A stretch of DNA of 32,000 bases from Haloarcula halobia (GCF_029338255.1 NZ_CP119787.1:2587631-2619630); one strand, 5' to 3'; shown: positions 7,886 to 17,203, counted from the stretch's first letter. Numbers and translations are program-made. Notes: generated from the letters alone by a model not told the origin.

Positions 7886-10800
7886 TCACAATATTTCTTC
7901 GAATTCGAATTCTGAGTCATATCCATCTCGAACAAACACATCGGGATCATCTGTCGGGCGTACGAACGTCTCCGCGATGATCTCCTCATACCTCCCAATA
8001 TCAATGACATCACCGAGATCAATGGCCTCTGAATGACCAAACCCACCCATATGCCCGTAGAAGTCGAGCCAAAGTGAGTGGTCGTCAAAGTCATCAGTAC
8101 TCTGGCTACTAGCTTGGAATAGTCCCTTCCCGCCAATAACAATCACTTTCCGCATCATTCGACTTGCTGCGACATTGAATCTGTTCGGGTCGAAAAGGAA
8201 GTCGGCCAGTCGATTGATGTAGCTTGGATCAGTACTTGTGGCCGCGACAATAATCAAATCCCTCTCGCGCCCTTGAAACTTCTCGACAGTATCGACCTTT
8301 ACCTCCTCAGGGACCTCATCAGAGGTGTTGAGTGCTTCTTTCTGCCGATTAAACGGTACAACAACCCCGACAGTAATTTCATTTTCCGGGTCCGTAGTGT
8401 CAGAGTGTTCGTCGACTACATCGTAATGAGAGACGATCTCCTCAATAAGCGACTGTTCGATCGGACTTCGCTTTTCGGCTGTTGAGTCCGTGTGTTCTAA
8501 TAATGATATGCGAGTCTCAGGTTCAAACACCGGCTCTAACGGCTCGGGTACGTCCCCCTGTGGAGTAGGGAATGGCGGGTGGTTGGCGCAACTGGTCAAC
8601 TCAATTCCGTCCTGCTGGTAGACGAGGTCTGTATGCATCTGTGCAGGCTCGTCGGGGAGTCGATATGTGTATGTGAGCTGGTGGAGCGGAATAGTGTCAT
8701 CTTCGTTCTCAAGGTCTGGCGGTTCTCGACGGATGTGTTCAAGGGTGTCTGGATCGATTTCTCCACGTAGGAAACGATGGAAGTTCAATGCCGATAGGAA
8801 GGGTGTGTTCAATTCGATTGGCCGCCGATCTTCTCTCTCCCATTCGTGTTGCTGGATCGGTTCCATCTGCCGATGGTCCCCTACTAATCCAATCTGACCG
8901 TCTTGGCGCAGGAAGGCTCCAACGAGGAGATACAACGGCAGATCCATCATACTGGCCTCGTCAACTAGGATCATATCTGCATACCTGGCATCACCGTTGC
9001 TCATAACCGTCTCCCCATCGCTATCTTCGGCGTACTCTGCCATCTTGTCGATAGCTCGATAGAGGGAGGCGGGTGTGCCAGCCATGATGAGTTGGTCTGT
9101 CTGCTCATCAGCCTCATCATTAATATAGGAGTCATACAGTTCCTCAAGCCGGTCGGCAGCATCGTCGTCACTGTAGTGGATATGTTCGACGGAATCTAGG
9201 TCAACGCCCTGTCCCTCACTAGAGCAAATCCGTACGATATCGAGATCATCAAACTCAGTATCGAGGTCGGCATGGAGTTCAGCTACACTCCGCAACGCTT
9301 CATCAACCGCATCGTGAGATAACGCCGAAATAAGACCAACAAACCGAGAATCCGACGTCTCGACAGTGGTAGCATGATGGACTCGACTAAGTAATGTCGG
9401 TGCAAGAGTGAATTTTGTTTTTCCCGTTCCAGGTGGACCCTGTAGAAGCATCACACCGCTGTTCGTGTCGGTTATAAACCCATGCTGATCTTCATTAGGC
9501 CCCGGCACAGCGCATTCCTCGTCGACATCAGCGTCGTCCTCTGAATCTGGATTATCGTCTAACTCACGAATGAGATCAATAAATGGTTCTAGAGCATCAG
9601 GGTCAGGGCCAGCGACTGAGAGGTCCTCCCGATCACCATTGAACACTTGAGCGAGCCGCTGATAGACGACGTTTTCATCGATGCGACCGGGTTCAAGGGC
9701 CGTCGCAGCACGAGATTGGGGAATCATATCTACACTGGGATCGAGCACATATTCGAGGGGATCGCCACTAAGCGACTCTTCTAAAGAAACGCCCCAATCG
9801 GAGGGATCATGATCGTCTGCAGTCATCCAGTCCTGGTGCTCGACACAATACATTTCGTCTGCAGTGTCACCTTGAGGCCAATCTCCGAGTACCGATCCTT
9901 CAATAGTCCCACTATCCAAATCGACGTCATCGACGATCGTCGTCGGATGGCGCTCGATGTATATTGGGTTATCCTGGTACACTTCTTCTGGTATCTCGCC
10001 AGTGTCGGTCAATTGGGTTAGCACGCACCACTCGTCAACCGAAAGCGGGTTCGGCGCGATACTGTCGTGGTGCTCTGGATCATACGGCTCACGGTTGTAG
10101 CGCAACAAGTCACCATCGATGTATGCATCATCGAAACCCGAGTCGTTTCTGTCGATTCGGGGCCGTGTATTCTCGAAAATAACGGCTTCGCCTGATGCAG
10201 CCCGTTCGATGAGTGGTTGCCGATAGTACGATTCTAACCGATTCTGTTCAGACCAGAACTCTAATTGCTGGTACTCACGAACCGCATCAGCCAACGAACG
10301 GGGCCGGAAGTGAATATCACGGAACGAGCCGGTTCGAAGTGGCTCCTTATCAACGAAAGCATCCTTGTTCCAAGTGCTCCGCTCGATATGGCGAATCGCG
10401 TACGAGAACTGCTGGGCAAGAAGCGTCACATCCTCTTCGGTGATGCGTTCAGAGTGGGTCGCAGAACGATAGAGGTAGTCTCGAACGAGATCAGGATCAT
10501 CGCTCACATCCGGATCTAACTCGTTATGAATTCCCCAGATATATTCTAAGGGTATCTGGTCAGCCTCACGGTTGGAAACTGGATACGCCCAACTCGCCAA
10601 ATTATGACTGTCTGGATCTACATTACGCGAGACCGCATGATCAAGTTCAATCCCGCCAGACGGGTTACCGTGACCTACGAGTCCATCGAAGAGCCCCCTC
10701 TCAAAGAGAGTGGTTAAATCGACTTCCTCACCATCCTCACGTGTTGCGATCCATTGGAACCAGCCACTGTCATCAGTCCACTGATCCGATGTGTTGCGCA

Positions 10801-12475
10801 TATACTGGGCAGTCGTTTGCAACAACCCCAATCCAGCAAAGCGGAAAGCGTACCGTTCCCGGAAGTCTTGCTGCAACACCGACACCATCTCTTGATCGAT
10901 TCCCGGCCGAAGCCCTAACAGCGTCCGGACAGCCTCTGAACCGTGAACATCGGGATGGCGACGCAATGCAGCAAGTAACGACTGGCGCTGGTGGTAACTA
11001 TAAAAATACAGGTGAGGGAACCCTTCTGATTCAGCTAAGCCTTCCGACCGCAAATCGGGTGCGACCTGAGCGATTGCCTCCCCAAGTTGTGCGAAAAATT
11101 CACGGAGAAGTTGTCGCTCCTGATAATCCTTGTCGTCAGGGTCGGTGTGGATGGCATCAATTATCTGGCTTACGTCTCTTCCTTCGTCGGACCTCGAATT
11201 CTCAACATAGGCATTCAGCAGCGTGACACGATCAAGCGCAGGGTCATGTTGAACAAAGAGATAAATCCGAATAAGCGCACCTGACGGATAGTCGGCCCCG
11301 CCCGGATAAGAGCGCCCATGCTCATCTCGCGGTAGGTTATACCCTGACCCTTGCAGGTGGTGCCCCCATAAGTCTGGGTCTGAACCATAGTCAGCGTCCA
11401 ATTCGGTCAGAAAATGATACGCGATCTGCGACCGCATCTGCAAATTAGTGAGGTCTGTTTGTTCCCGGACTGCCTCAACTAGCTCGTGATTTCGCGGAGT
11501 GAGTGCCCCCGCATCCGTGTGCGAGCTATCTGATCCCGGTTGGTCAAATAACAGTGCAAAATCTTCGAGGTCAGTAATCCCGCCATCTATCTCAATCCCT
11601 TCCAAAGCGTCCTGAGTACTGGGATCGAATCCAAGGAGTTCCAATCCTTTTGACTCAGCAGCACGCGTCATACAGACAGACTCATACTCACATCCCGAAC
11701 AACGCCGATCAATTCGATTCCGCGTCATATCGAACTCAGCGTCAAGTATCTGATCGAATTCATTCCCTGGACTAAGCTTCAATCTGAGTTTCCCCAGATA
11801 CCGGGAATAGTCGAAGTCTTCGACGCTACCCATCCCACCCCGGAAATCATTCTGCTGTGTAATGACCGTCGCAAAAATTCGATCGAGAGAGCACTCGACT
11901 CCTACGTCTGTCGCTACTTGGTTTACCAAACTCGCATATGCCGCTGCCTGATACGAATGAGGAACTTTCCGCTCGTCCGAGTTCTTCAACTCGGCGAGAA
12001 GGACTCGAATCGAATCCTGTTCTGCAGTCAGGAACACCAAGTCTGCAGTTCCAGAGACATCGTAGGCCCCGATCTCACCCGAAAGACTAGGTTGGTGGAC
12101 AACCATCACATCATCCTCAGGCCCGCGTGTCCCTGCCTCTCGAAGAAGGTCAGCTACGGCCGACTCGGGAATAGACCGGTCATCACCGATCGTCCGGTCG
12201 TATCCATCCCAATCACTCTCAGCAGGACCAATGAACTCGTACGTCGCCTCGTCTAAGGCGTCTAACTGCCGGTATTCGAAATCGACACCCTCTCCCATCA
12301 AAACAGGACTTTTTTCATCAGTATCCCACTGGCGGCTATGCAGTTCCACCTGCGCGTCGTCATCATACTTCCACGTCAAATACATCTGACAAGACTCTAC
12401 AGAGAAATACCGACCAATCGTACTCGGATTTAGTGTTGGGCGGGTAGTCGACATCTGCTCCTTCCATCGCACCAT
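7886..12475 (-). CDS. Cas4/RecB-like nuclease fused to Dna2/Upf1-like SF1 helicase, 1529 aa
   Basis: N-terminal nuclease-like part: TADLVFLTAEQDSIRVLLAELKNSDERKVPHSYQAAAY followed by CSGCEYESVC. Helicase: LLQGPPGTGKTKFTL, MILVDEASMMDLP, GLVGDHRQMEPI, VDTVEKFQGRERDLIIVAATS, RFNVAASRMMRKVIVIGG. The start may be the internal Met at about 12451 (MSTTRPT). Confidence 0.85.
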   Translation of the reverse strand: MVRWKEQMSTTRPTLNPSTIGRYFSVESCQMYLTWKYDDDAQVELHSRQWDTDEKSPVLMGEGVDFEYRQLDALDEATYEFIGPAESDWDGYDRTIGDDRSIPESAVADLLREAGTRGPEDDVMVVHQPSLSGEIGAYDVSGTADLVFLTAEQDSIRVLLAELKNSDERKVPHSYQAAAYASLVNQVATDVGVECSLDRIFATVITQQNDFRGGMGSVEDFDYSRYLGKLRLKLSPGNEFDQILDAEFDMTRNRIDRRCSGCEYESVCMTRAAESKGLELLGFDPSTQDALEGIEIDGGITDLEDFALLFDQPGSDSSHTDAGALTPRNHELVEAVREQTDLTNLQMRSQIAYHFLTELDADYGSDPDLWGHHLQGSGYNLPRDEHGRSYPGGADYPSGALIRIYLFVQHDPALDRVTLLNAYVENSRSDEGRDVSQIIDAIHTDPDDKDYQERQLLREFFAQLGEAIAQVAPDLRSEGLAESEGFPHLYFYSYHQRQSLLAALRRHPDVHGSEAVRTLLGLRPGIDQEMVSVLQQDFRERYAFRFAGLGLLQTTAQYMRNTSDQWTDDSGWFQWIATREDGEEVDLTTLFERGLFDGLVGHGNPSGGIELDHAVSRNVDPDSHNLASWAYPVSNREADQIPLEYIWGIHNELDPDVSDDPDLVRDYLYRSATHSERITEEDVTLLAQQFSYAIRHIERSTWNKDAFVDKEPLRTGSFRDIHFRPRSLADAVREYQQLEFWSEQNRLESYYRQPLIERAASGEAVIFENTRPRIDRNDSGFDDAYIDGDLLRYNREPYDPEHHDSIAPNPLSVDEWCVLTQLTDTGEIPEEVYQDNPIYIERHPTTIVDDVDLDSGTIEGSVLGDWPQGDTADEMYCVEHQDWMTADDHDPSDWGVSLEESLSGDPLEYVLDPSVDMIPQSRAATALEPGRIDENVVYQRLAQVFNGDREDLSVAGPDPDALEPFIDLIRELDDNPDSEDDADVDEECAVPGPNEDQHGFITDTNSGVMLLQGPPGTGKTKFTLAPTLLSRVHHATTVETSDSRFVGLISALSHDAVDEALRSVAELHADLDTEFDDLDIVRICSSEGQGVDLDSVEHIHYSDDDAADRLEELYDSYINDEADEQTDQLIMAGTPASLYRAIDKMAEYAEDSDGETVMSNGDARYADMILVDEASMMDLPLYLLVGAFLRQDGQIGLVGDHRQMEPIQQHEWEREDRRPIELNTPFLSALNFHRFLRGEIDPDTLEHIRREPPDLENEDDTIPLHQLTYTYRLPDEPAQMHTDLVYQQDGIELTSCANHPPFPTPQGDVPEPLEPVFEPETRISLLEHTDSTAEKRSPIEQSLIEEIVSHYDVVDEHSDTTDPENEITVGVVVPFNRQKEALNTSDEVPEEVKVDTVEKFQGRERDLIIVAATSTDPSYINRLADFLFDPNRFNVAASRMMRKVIVIGGKGLFQASSQSTDDFDDHSLWLDFYGHMGGFGHSEAIDLGDVIDIGRYEEIIAETFVRPTDDPDVFVRDGYDSEFEFEEIL

Positions 12476-12574
12476 TGAAATAAATAACCCCGGCTATTTT
12501 CGCTTTCTAGACTCCGGAACATTACGGATTACTAACTCCTCGTACTGTGTCTACTACTTGTGCTTATATCAAAA

Positions 12575-12600
12575 TTCCCGAATGTACAGACATCCGGGAA
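12575..12600 (-). terminator. Putative terminator or regulatory hairpin downstream of queC
   Basis: TTCCCGAATGTACAGACATCCGGGAA. On the minus transcript this forms an 11-bp stem (one G:U) with a 4-nt loop, followed by UUUU; it starts 37 nt past the queC stop. Confidence 0.5.
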
Positions 12601-12637
12601 GCAGCGTTACTCGATGTGATACGAGCCCTACCTTCCC

Positions 12638-13351
12638 TCACAGCTCAGCGTAATTCGGACGTTCCTTGTATTGAATAGGATCCTCGACGCCAGCTTCCTG
12701 GAAGGCTTTGAGGCGATAGGCACAGGCGTCACAGGTGCCACAGGCCGGGGCTTCTTCCCGGTAACAGCTCCACGTCAGTTCGTACGGGACATCCAGTTCG
12801 AGGCCGCGTTCCGCAATCGCTGTCTTCGTCCAGTCCACGAACGGCGCTACTAACTCGATCGATGTCTCCGGTTTCGTCCCCACGTCGATAACCTGCTGAA
12901 ACGCGTCAAAGAACTCGGGACGGCAGTCGGGATACCCGGAATAGTCCTCGCTGTGCGTTCCGATAAACACTGCACTGCAGTCATTGGCTTCGGCGTACGA
13001 AGTCGCCATTGACAGCAGGTTCGAGTTCCTGAACGGGACGTAACTCGACGGAATCTCATCGCTGCCGAGATCAACTTCCTCGACATCGATACTGTCGTCG
13101 GTCAGGCTGGAGGCACCGATCCTGGCCAAGTGGTCGGTCTCGATATGGAGAAAGTCAGCCACCTCCATATACTCGGCCAACTGTTGAGCACATGCAGACT
13201 CCTTGTCCGCTGTCTGCTGGCCGTAGGTCGTGTGGAGAAAATACAGGTTGTATCCTCGTCGCTGTGCCTCGAAGGCTGCCGTTGCACTATCCATTCCGCC
13301 CGATACCAAGACAACCGCACCGTCCCGCTCCTTCGTTTGTTCAGTCGTCAT
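12638..13351 (-). CDS. queC: 7-cyano-7-deazaguanine (preQ0) synthase QueC, 237 aa
   Basis: PP-loop VLVSGGMDSATAAFEA, Zn-binding CYREEAPACGTCDACAYRLKAFQEAG, adjacent to queE and queD. Confidence 0.95.
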   Translation of the reverse strand: MTTEQTKERDGAVVLVSGGMDSATAAFEAQRRGYNLYFLHTTYGQQTADKESACAQQLAEYMEVADFLHIETDHLARIGASSLTDDSIDVEEVDLGSDEIPSSYVPFRNSNLLSMATSYAEANDCSAVFIGTHSEDYSGYPDCRPEFFDAFQQVIDVGTKPETSIELVAPFVDWTKTAIAERGLELDVPYELTWSCYREEAPACGTCDACAYRLKAFQEAGVEDPIQYKERPNYAEL

Positions 13352-13360
13352 AGCTGTGTT

Positions 13361-14176
13361 CTATGTTTCTGGTGCGTCGTTCCAGAGGTCGACGTGGAGC
13401 CGTGGTGTATACTGGTAGCCGTGCTCCATAGCCACCTCCGCAGCCACTTCACGCGTTTCCGCCAATCGATCCCGGGTCGCTCCCTCCGGCATCAACAATA
13501 CGTCCGAATCCCGGATCGGAACACTGGCTGACTCCCGGAGGCGATCAACCAGCCGGTTGATCTCCGGCATATCGTCCCGGCCAGTCACCACGAACTTCAG
13601 CTGGAAGTCGTAGTTCTCCACCAACCGGCAGAGAGCGTCTATGTCTATCCGTCGATCCTTGTGCCGGTCCGCCCATTCGCCGTCGCCCTGTGGATCCTTC
13701 TCTTGGGTCGGCGTGCTGCTCGCCAGTTTTGGACTGATGCTCGCCAGGTCAATAGCGGTGTCTCGGTAGATGGTGCCGTTTGTTTCGACCGTTATATGAT
13801 AGCCGGCGGCACTGAGGCGTTCTATCAGGGTGACTATCTCATCGTGAATCATTGGCTCCCCGCCAGTCACCACGACATGGCCTGCTTCCCCGTGGTCGTT
13901 GACACGATCAACGATAGTGCCGACATCGAGCCAGGAGTGGGTTGGCTGCCAGCTGGTATGGTACGAATCACAGAACCAACACCGTAGATTGCACCCGCTG
14001 GTCCGAACGAAAACGGTCGGCATCCCCGCAAGCTTCCCCTCGCCCTGCAGCGAATAGAACAACTCATTAACCGGCAACCCCTCTTGGGCTTCCGTAGTGG
14101 TTACATCGTCATCGATCGTTTCGGCATCCGAGCTTACCGGCATCGCTCTACACCGGCCCTCCAGCAGCAAGTTCAC
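13361..14176 (-). CDS. queE: 7-carboxy-7-deazaguanine synthase QueE (radical SAM), 271 aa
   Basis: NELFYSLQGEGKLAGMPTVFVRTSGCNLRCWFCDSYHTSW, VVVTGGEPMIHDEIVTLIERL, VETNGT, SPKLASS. Confidence 0.95.
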   Translation of the reverse strand: MNLLLEGRCRAMPVSSDAETIDDDVTTTEAQEGLPVNELFYSLQGEGKLAGMPTVFVRTSGCNLRCWFCDSYHTSWQPTHSWLDVGTIVDRVNDHGEAGHVVVTGGEPMIHDEIVTLIERLSAAGYHITVETNGTIYRDTAIDLASISPKLASSTPTQEKDPQGDGEWADRHKDRRIDIDALCRLVENYDFQLKFVVTGRDDMPEINRLVDRLRESASVPIRDSDVLLMPEGATRDRLAETREVAAEVAMEHGYQYTPRLHVDLWNDAPET

Positions 14177-14615
14177 CAGTCTCCCGAACCTCGACTACGA
14201 TATCACTGACCGTGTCCGGCAACGTTTCTTTAAGCCGTCGTTCAAGAGTGATTCCCATCACTTCGGCTGTCGGTGGCTGATTGAGGACGATCAGAGCATC
14301 GCCGTCGCCACTGGCCTCAAAAGCCTCGATCAGTGGATCACCCTTCTCCACGAGAAATCGGTGATCCCACTCAGATAATACAGAAGTGATGTCTCCCTTG
14401 TCGATGACCCACCCTTCGCTGGTCAGAGTGCCAGTTATCGAGACGCTGACTTTGTAGTTATGCCCATGAGGACGGCTGCACTTGCCGTCATGGTGTAGAA
14501 TCCGGTGTCCTGTACTCAGGCGAATCGGCCGCTCACGTCCGACGTGTAAGGTTCGCTCAGTCTCGGAGAGATCCTTCGATGTGAAGAAGTACTCCTCAGA
14601 TAGGTCTTGGGCCAT
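14148..14615 (-). CDS. queD: 6-carboxy-tetrahydropterin synthase QueD, 155 aa
   Basis: LSTGHRILHHDGKCSRPHGHNYKVSVSITG (Zn His residues and catalytic Cys), WVIDKGDITSVLSEWDHRFLV, PPTAEVMGITLERRL. Confidence 0.93.
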   Translation of the reverse strand: MAQDLSEEYFFTSKDLSETERTLHVGRERPIRLSTGHRILHHDGKCSRPHGHNYKVSVSITGTLTSEGWVIDKGDITSVLSEWDHRFLVEKGDPLIEAFEASGDGDALIVLNQPPTAEVMGITLERRLKETLPDTVSDIVVEVRETGELAAGGPV

Positions 14616-14657
14616 ACTGCAATATTATCTGAGGCATACTTAACTTTGAACCACTTG

Positions 14658-14679
14658 CCGAAAGTTATGGTAACTTCGG
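14658..14679. promoter_or_regulatory. Near-perfect inverted repeat in the divergent queD / dpdA-like intergenic region
   Basis: CCGAAAGTTATGGTAACTTCGG: arms CCGAA(A)GTTA / TAACTTCGG with a single-nt bulge. Confidence 0.4.
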
Positions 14680-14755
14680 AAATGTGTCTGTGATGTGACG
14701 GTTTTGAGAACGAGAAGTTAATTGAGGGCAACGATAGAGTTACTACACAGGTCAT

Positions 14756-16660
14756 TTGATGTCGGCATTCAGGACTCTTGGAAAGGCTACATACGGCCGT
14801 CGAGGCGAAATAGACACGCCTGCCGGCCGTATCCAGACGCCCGAACTTCTGCCTGTGGTAAACCTAATCGGAGGAACGACAACAGAATCCGGTGGTATCT
14901 GGCGGTATACCCGTCGCCATCTCTTCGAGAGTGACAGCGTCCAGGGAATTATGTTTCAAGCGATGTCGTTTCTCGACTACAATCTCACCCCCGACAATTT
15001 GGAGGAGTGGCGTGAGAAGCCGCTCAAACAGCATTTCGAGGAGAGTGACGTTGAACCAGGGTTTGATCAACCGCTATTTATCGACTCGGGCGGATTTAAG
15101 CTGATGAACTCGACGAAGTTCGGACAGACGCCTGGCGAAGGCGGTAGTGAGAACGACTGGGATATTTACACGAATCCAGAGAGCATCTTGGACTTGCAGC
15201 TTGACTACGGCGCGGATATCATTGCCACGTTGGACTTTCCGATTCCACAGAACCTGAATAAGGAAGAAACCACTGAACGGATGGAGAAGAGTATCGATAA
15301 CGCGGTTGAGACTCTCCAGTTGCTCGACGAACGCGAACTGGAGGAGACGCCGTCGATGTATGTGGCCATACACGGCCACAACTACGAGGATGTCAACTGG
15401 TATGTCAGTCAATTTCTGGACCGCGCCGATGAACTTGATGAAGCCTTCGAGGGGTTCGCACTCGGTTCGCTCGTCCCTCTCAGTAGCTCCCCTGACACCT
15501 TGGTCGATATCGTCCAAGGGGCAAGAGACGCGATACCCGAGGACCGTTACGACGAAATCGCATTCCACGTCTTCGGCATAAGCGGAAGGCTGTGTCCTCT
15601 ACTATCTCTCCTCGGGGTAGATACGTTCGATTCGAGAAGCTATCAGTACGCAGCCCGGAACAAGAAATTCATCCACCCAGACACCTGGCAACGGATTAGC
15701 CTGGATCAGATTGATGACTGGGATGACTGGCCCTGTGACTGCCAGGCCTGTCAGAACATCCACTTAGACGATATGCGACACGCCCTGCTGGAATCCGAGG
15801 TCAGTAACAAGCCCATCGAAGGTGAACACGGGACTCATTTCAAGAGCGAATACTACGCGCAGATAGCTCATCATAACTTCGAGCTGTACAGCCGCCAGAT
15901 GCAACAAGTTCGTAACGCCATTGACGAGGGGCGTTTACTCGAACGTGTTGCCAACTTCGCTCAGGGAAAGAATATCGTAGAGAAGGGGTTGAAGCGGGCT
16001 CAACTACACAATCCTGAACTCCGTGAACAGCTTGCAGACATTGGTTATGAAGGGTTAGTTGCTGGACCGGATGACGAGACGTTCCAGACCAAGCTATCTA
16101 GCTTCCTCGAAGGGGTCGAGGACACGACACGCAAGAAACGGACCATATCGTTGAAGCACGGGCCAAATGACTTTGACATCCTCCAACGCAACGATTATCA
16201 GCCGCCGAGCGAGGCAGACGTACTGCTGATTCTACCCTGTAGCCAGGAGAAGCCGTATTCGGAATCACGGACACATCAGGCTGTCCTCTCCCGTCTTGAG
16301 GACTACCGTGAGCGATATCATAAGGTGTCCATCTCAGGGCTATACGGGCCGGTACCTGAGGACTTCGAGGAGGCCGACCCGGTGATGAGCTACGAATATG
16401 TATTGACGACTGCCGATGACGACCAAGTTGAACTTGTTGCGAACCGACTTGCTCGTTACCTGAACCGGTACGGTGAGCAATTTGACCAAATTATAGCCTA
16501 CACCACGAACAAAGCCTACCGACGTGCTATCGATACGGCATTCAACCGGTATGGCCGCGGTGAAATATACCCATCTGACCCGCGAGCTCTTCAGCTGACC
16601 GAGCATTTCCGTAATGAAAATATCGACGAGCTCGTTGGCCGATTTGCCAGTTCACAGTAA
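14756..16660 (+). CDS. DpdA-like TGT-family transglycosylase fused to a C-terminal ArcS-like (DUF5591-type) domain, 634 aa
   Basis: GRRGEIDTPAGRIQTPELLPVVNLIGG; PLFIDSGGF (D110); FGISGRLCPLLSLLGVDTFDSRSYQYAARN (D292); CDCQACQN...AHHNFELYSRQM zinc site; C-term ILPCSQEKPYSESRTH and GLYGPVPEDFEE. Confidence 0.88.
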   Translation: MMSAFRTLGKATYGRRGEIDTPAGRIQTPELLPVVNLIGGTTTESGGIWRYTRRHLFESDSVQGIMFQAMSFLDYNLTPDNLEEWREKPLKQHFEESDVEPGFDQPLFIDSGGFKLMNSTKFGQTPGEGGSENDWDIYTNPESILDLQLDYGADIIATLDFPIPQNLNKEETTERMEKSIDNAVETLQLLDERELEETPSMYVAIHGHNYEDVNWYVSQFLDRADELDEAFEGFALGSLVPLSSSPDTLVDIVQGARDAIPEDRYDEIAFHVFGISGRLCPLLSLLGVDTFDSRSYQYAARNKKFIHPDTWQRISLDQIDDWDDWPCDCQACQNIHLDDMRHALLESEVSNKPIEGEHGTHFKSEYYAQIAHHNFELYSRQMQQVRNAIDEGRLLERVANFAQGKNIVEKGLKRAQLHNPELREQLADIGYEGLVAGPDDETFQTKLSSFLEGVEDTTRKKRTISLKHGPNDFDILQRNDYQPPSEADVLLILPCSQEKPYSESRTHQAVLSRLEDYRERYHKVSISGLYGPVPEDFEEADPVMSYEYVLTTADDDQVELVANRLARYLNRYGEQFDQIIAYTTNKAYRRAIDTAFNRYGRGEIYPSDPRALQLTEHFRNENIDELVGRFASSQ

Positions 16661-16719
16661 TACGTAACCAACCATCCTGCAGACGTCTAGTGGTTATCCC
16701 CAAGAACTAAGGTCTCCTC

Positions 16720-17199
16720 ATGCGATCAGCAGAGTATATGACGTCGTTATTAGTCCAATCGTGTTCTGCAACGAAGGAACAGGTGGATACACCGGTTCCT
16801 GCTCTTGATTTGTACGATGGATACTTCTTCAGGATCATAAAGAAGGCATTGCGCACGGGTCGATTTCAGTCTGGAATTGACATTATGATTATATCTGCGG
16901 AGCACGGAGTTGTAGAACCTGATCAGGAAATCGAATATTATGACCGGCGGATGGACACAGAACGTGCTGACAAACTGAATGACCAAGTCGTCAGCGCTAT
17001 TGCCAGCAAAGTCACTACTAACGGGTATGACAAGGTATGGATCAATCTTGGAAAGGACTATCTTCCCGCTATCGATGGGGTTGAATCTGCCGTTGATGTA
17101 CCCGTTGACTATATCGAAGGCACCGGTATCGGAATGAAGGGAAAGCGGCTGAAGCACCTGGTTTCCAGTGGCCGTTCTATCCCGACGCACGGTGACTGA
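16720..17199 (+). CDS. DUF6884/YaaA-like protein, 159 aa
   Basis: LVQSCSATKEQVDTPVPALDLYDGYFFRIIKKAL...DIMIISAEHGVVEPDQEIEYYDRRM matches the DUF6884 pattern (SC..TK, pA..LY...F, ILSA.HG, P...YD). Confidence 0.7.
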   Translation: MRSAEYMTSLLVQSCSATKEQVDTPVPALDLYDGYFFRIIKKALRTGRFQSGIDIMIISAEHGVVEPDQEIEYYDRRMDTERADKLNDQVVSAIASKVTTNGYDKVWINLGKDYLPAIDGVESAVDVPVDYIEGTGIGMKGKRLKHLVSSGRSIPTHGD

Positions 17200-17203
17200 C
17201 ACT

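Noticed and set aside
15074-15568. 164-aa minus-strand ORF
   Set aside because: Entirely antisense to the well-supported DpdA-like CDS; no motif, typical shadow ORF.
16750-17202. 150-aa minus-strand ORF
   Set aside because: Shadow of the DUF6884-like CDS; no recognisable domain.
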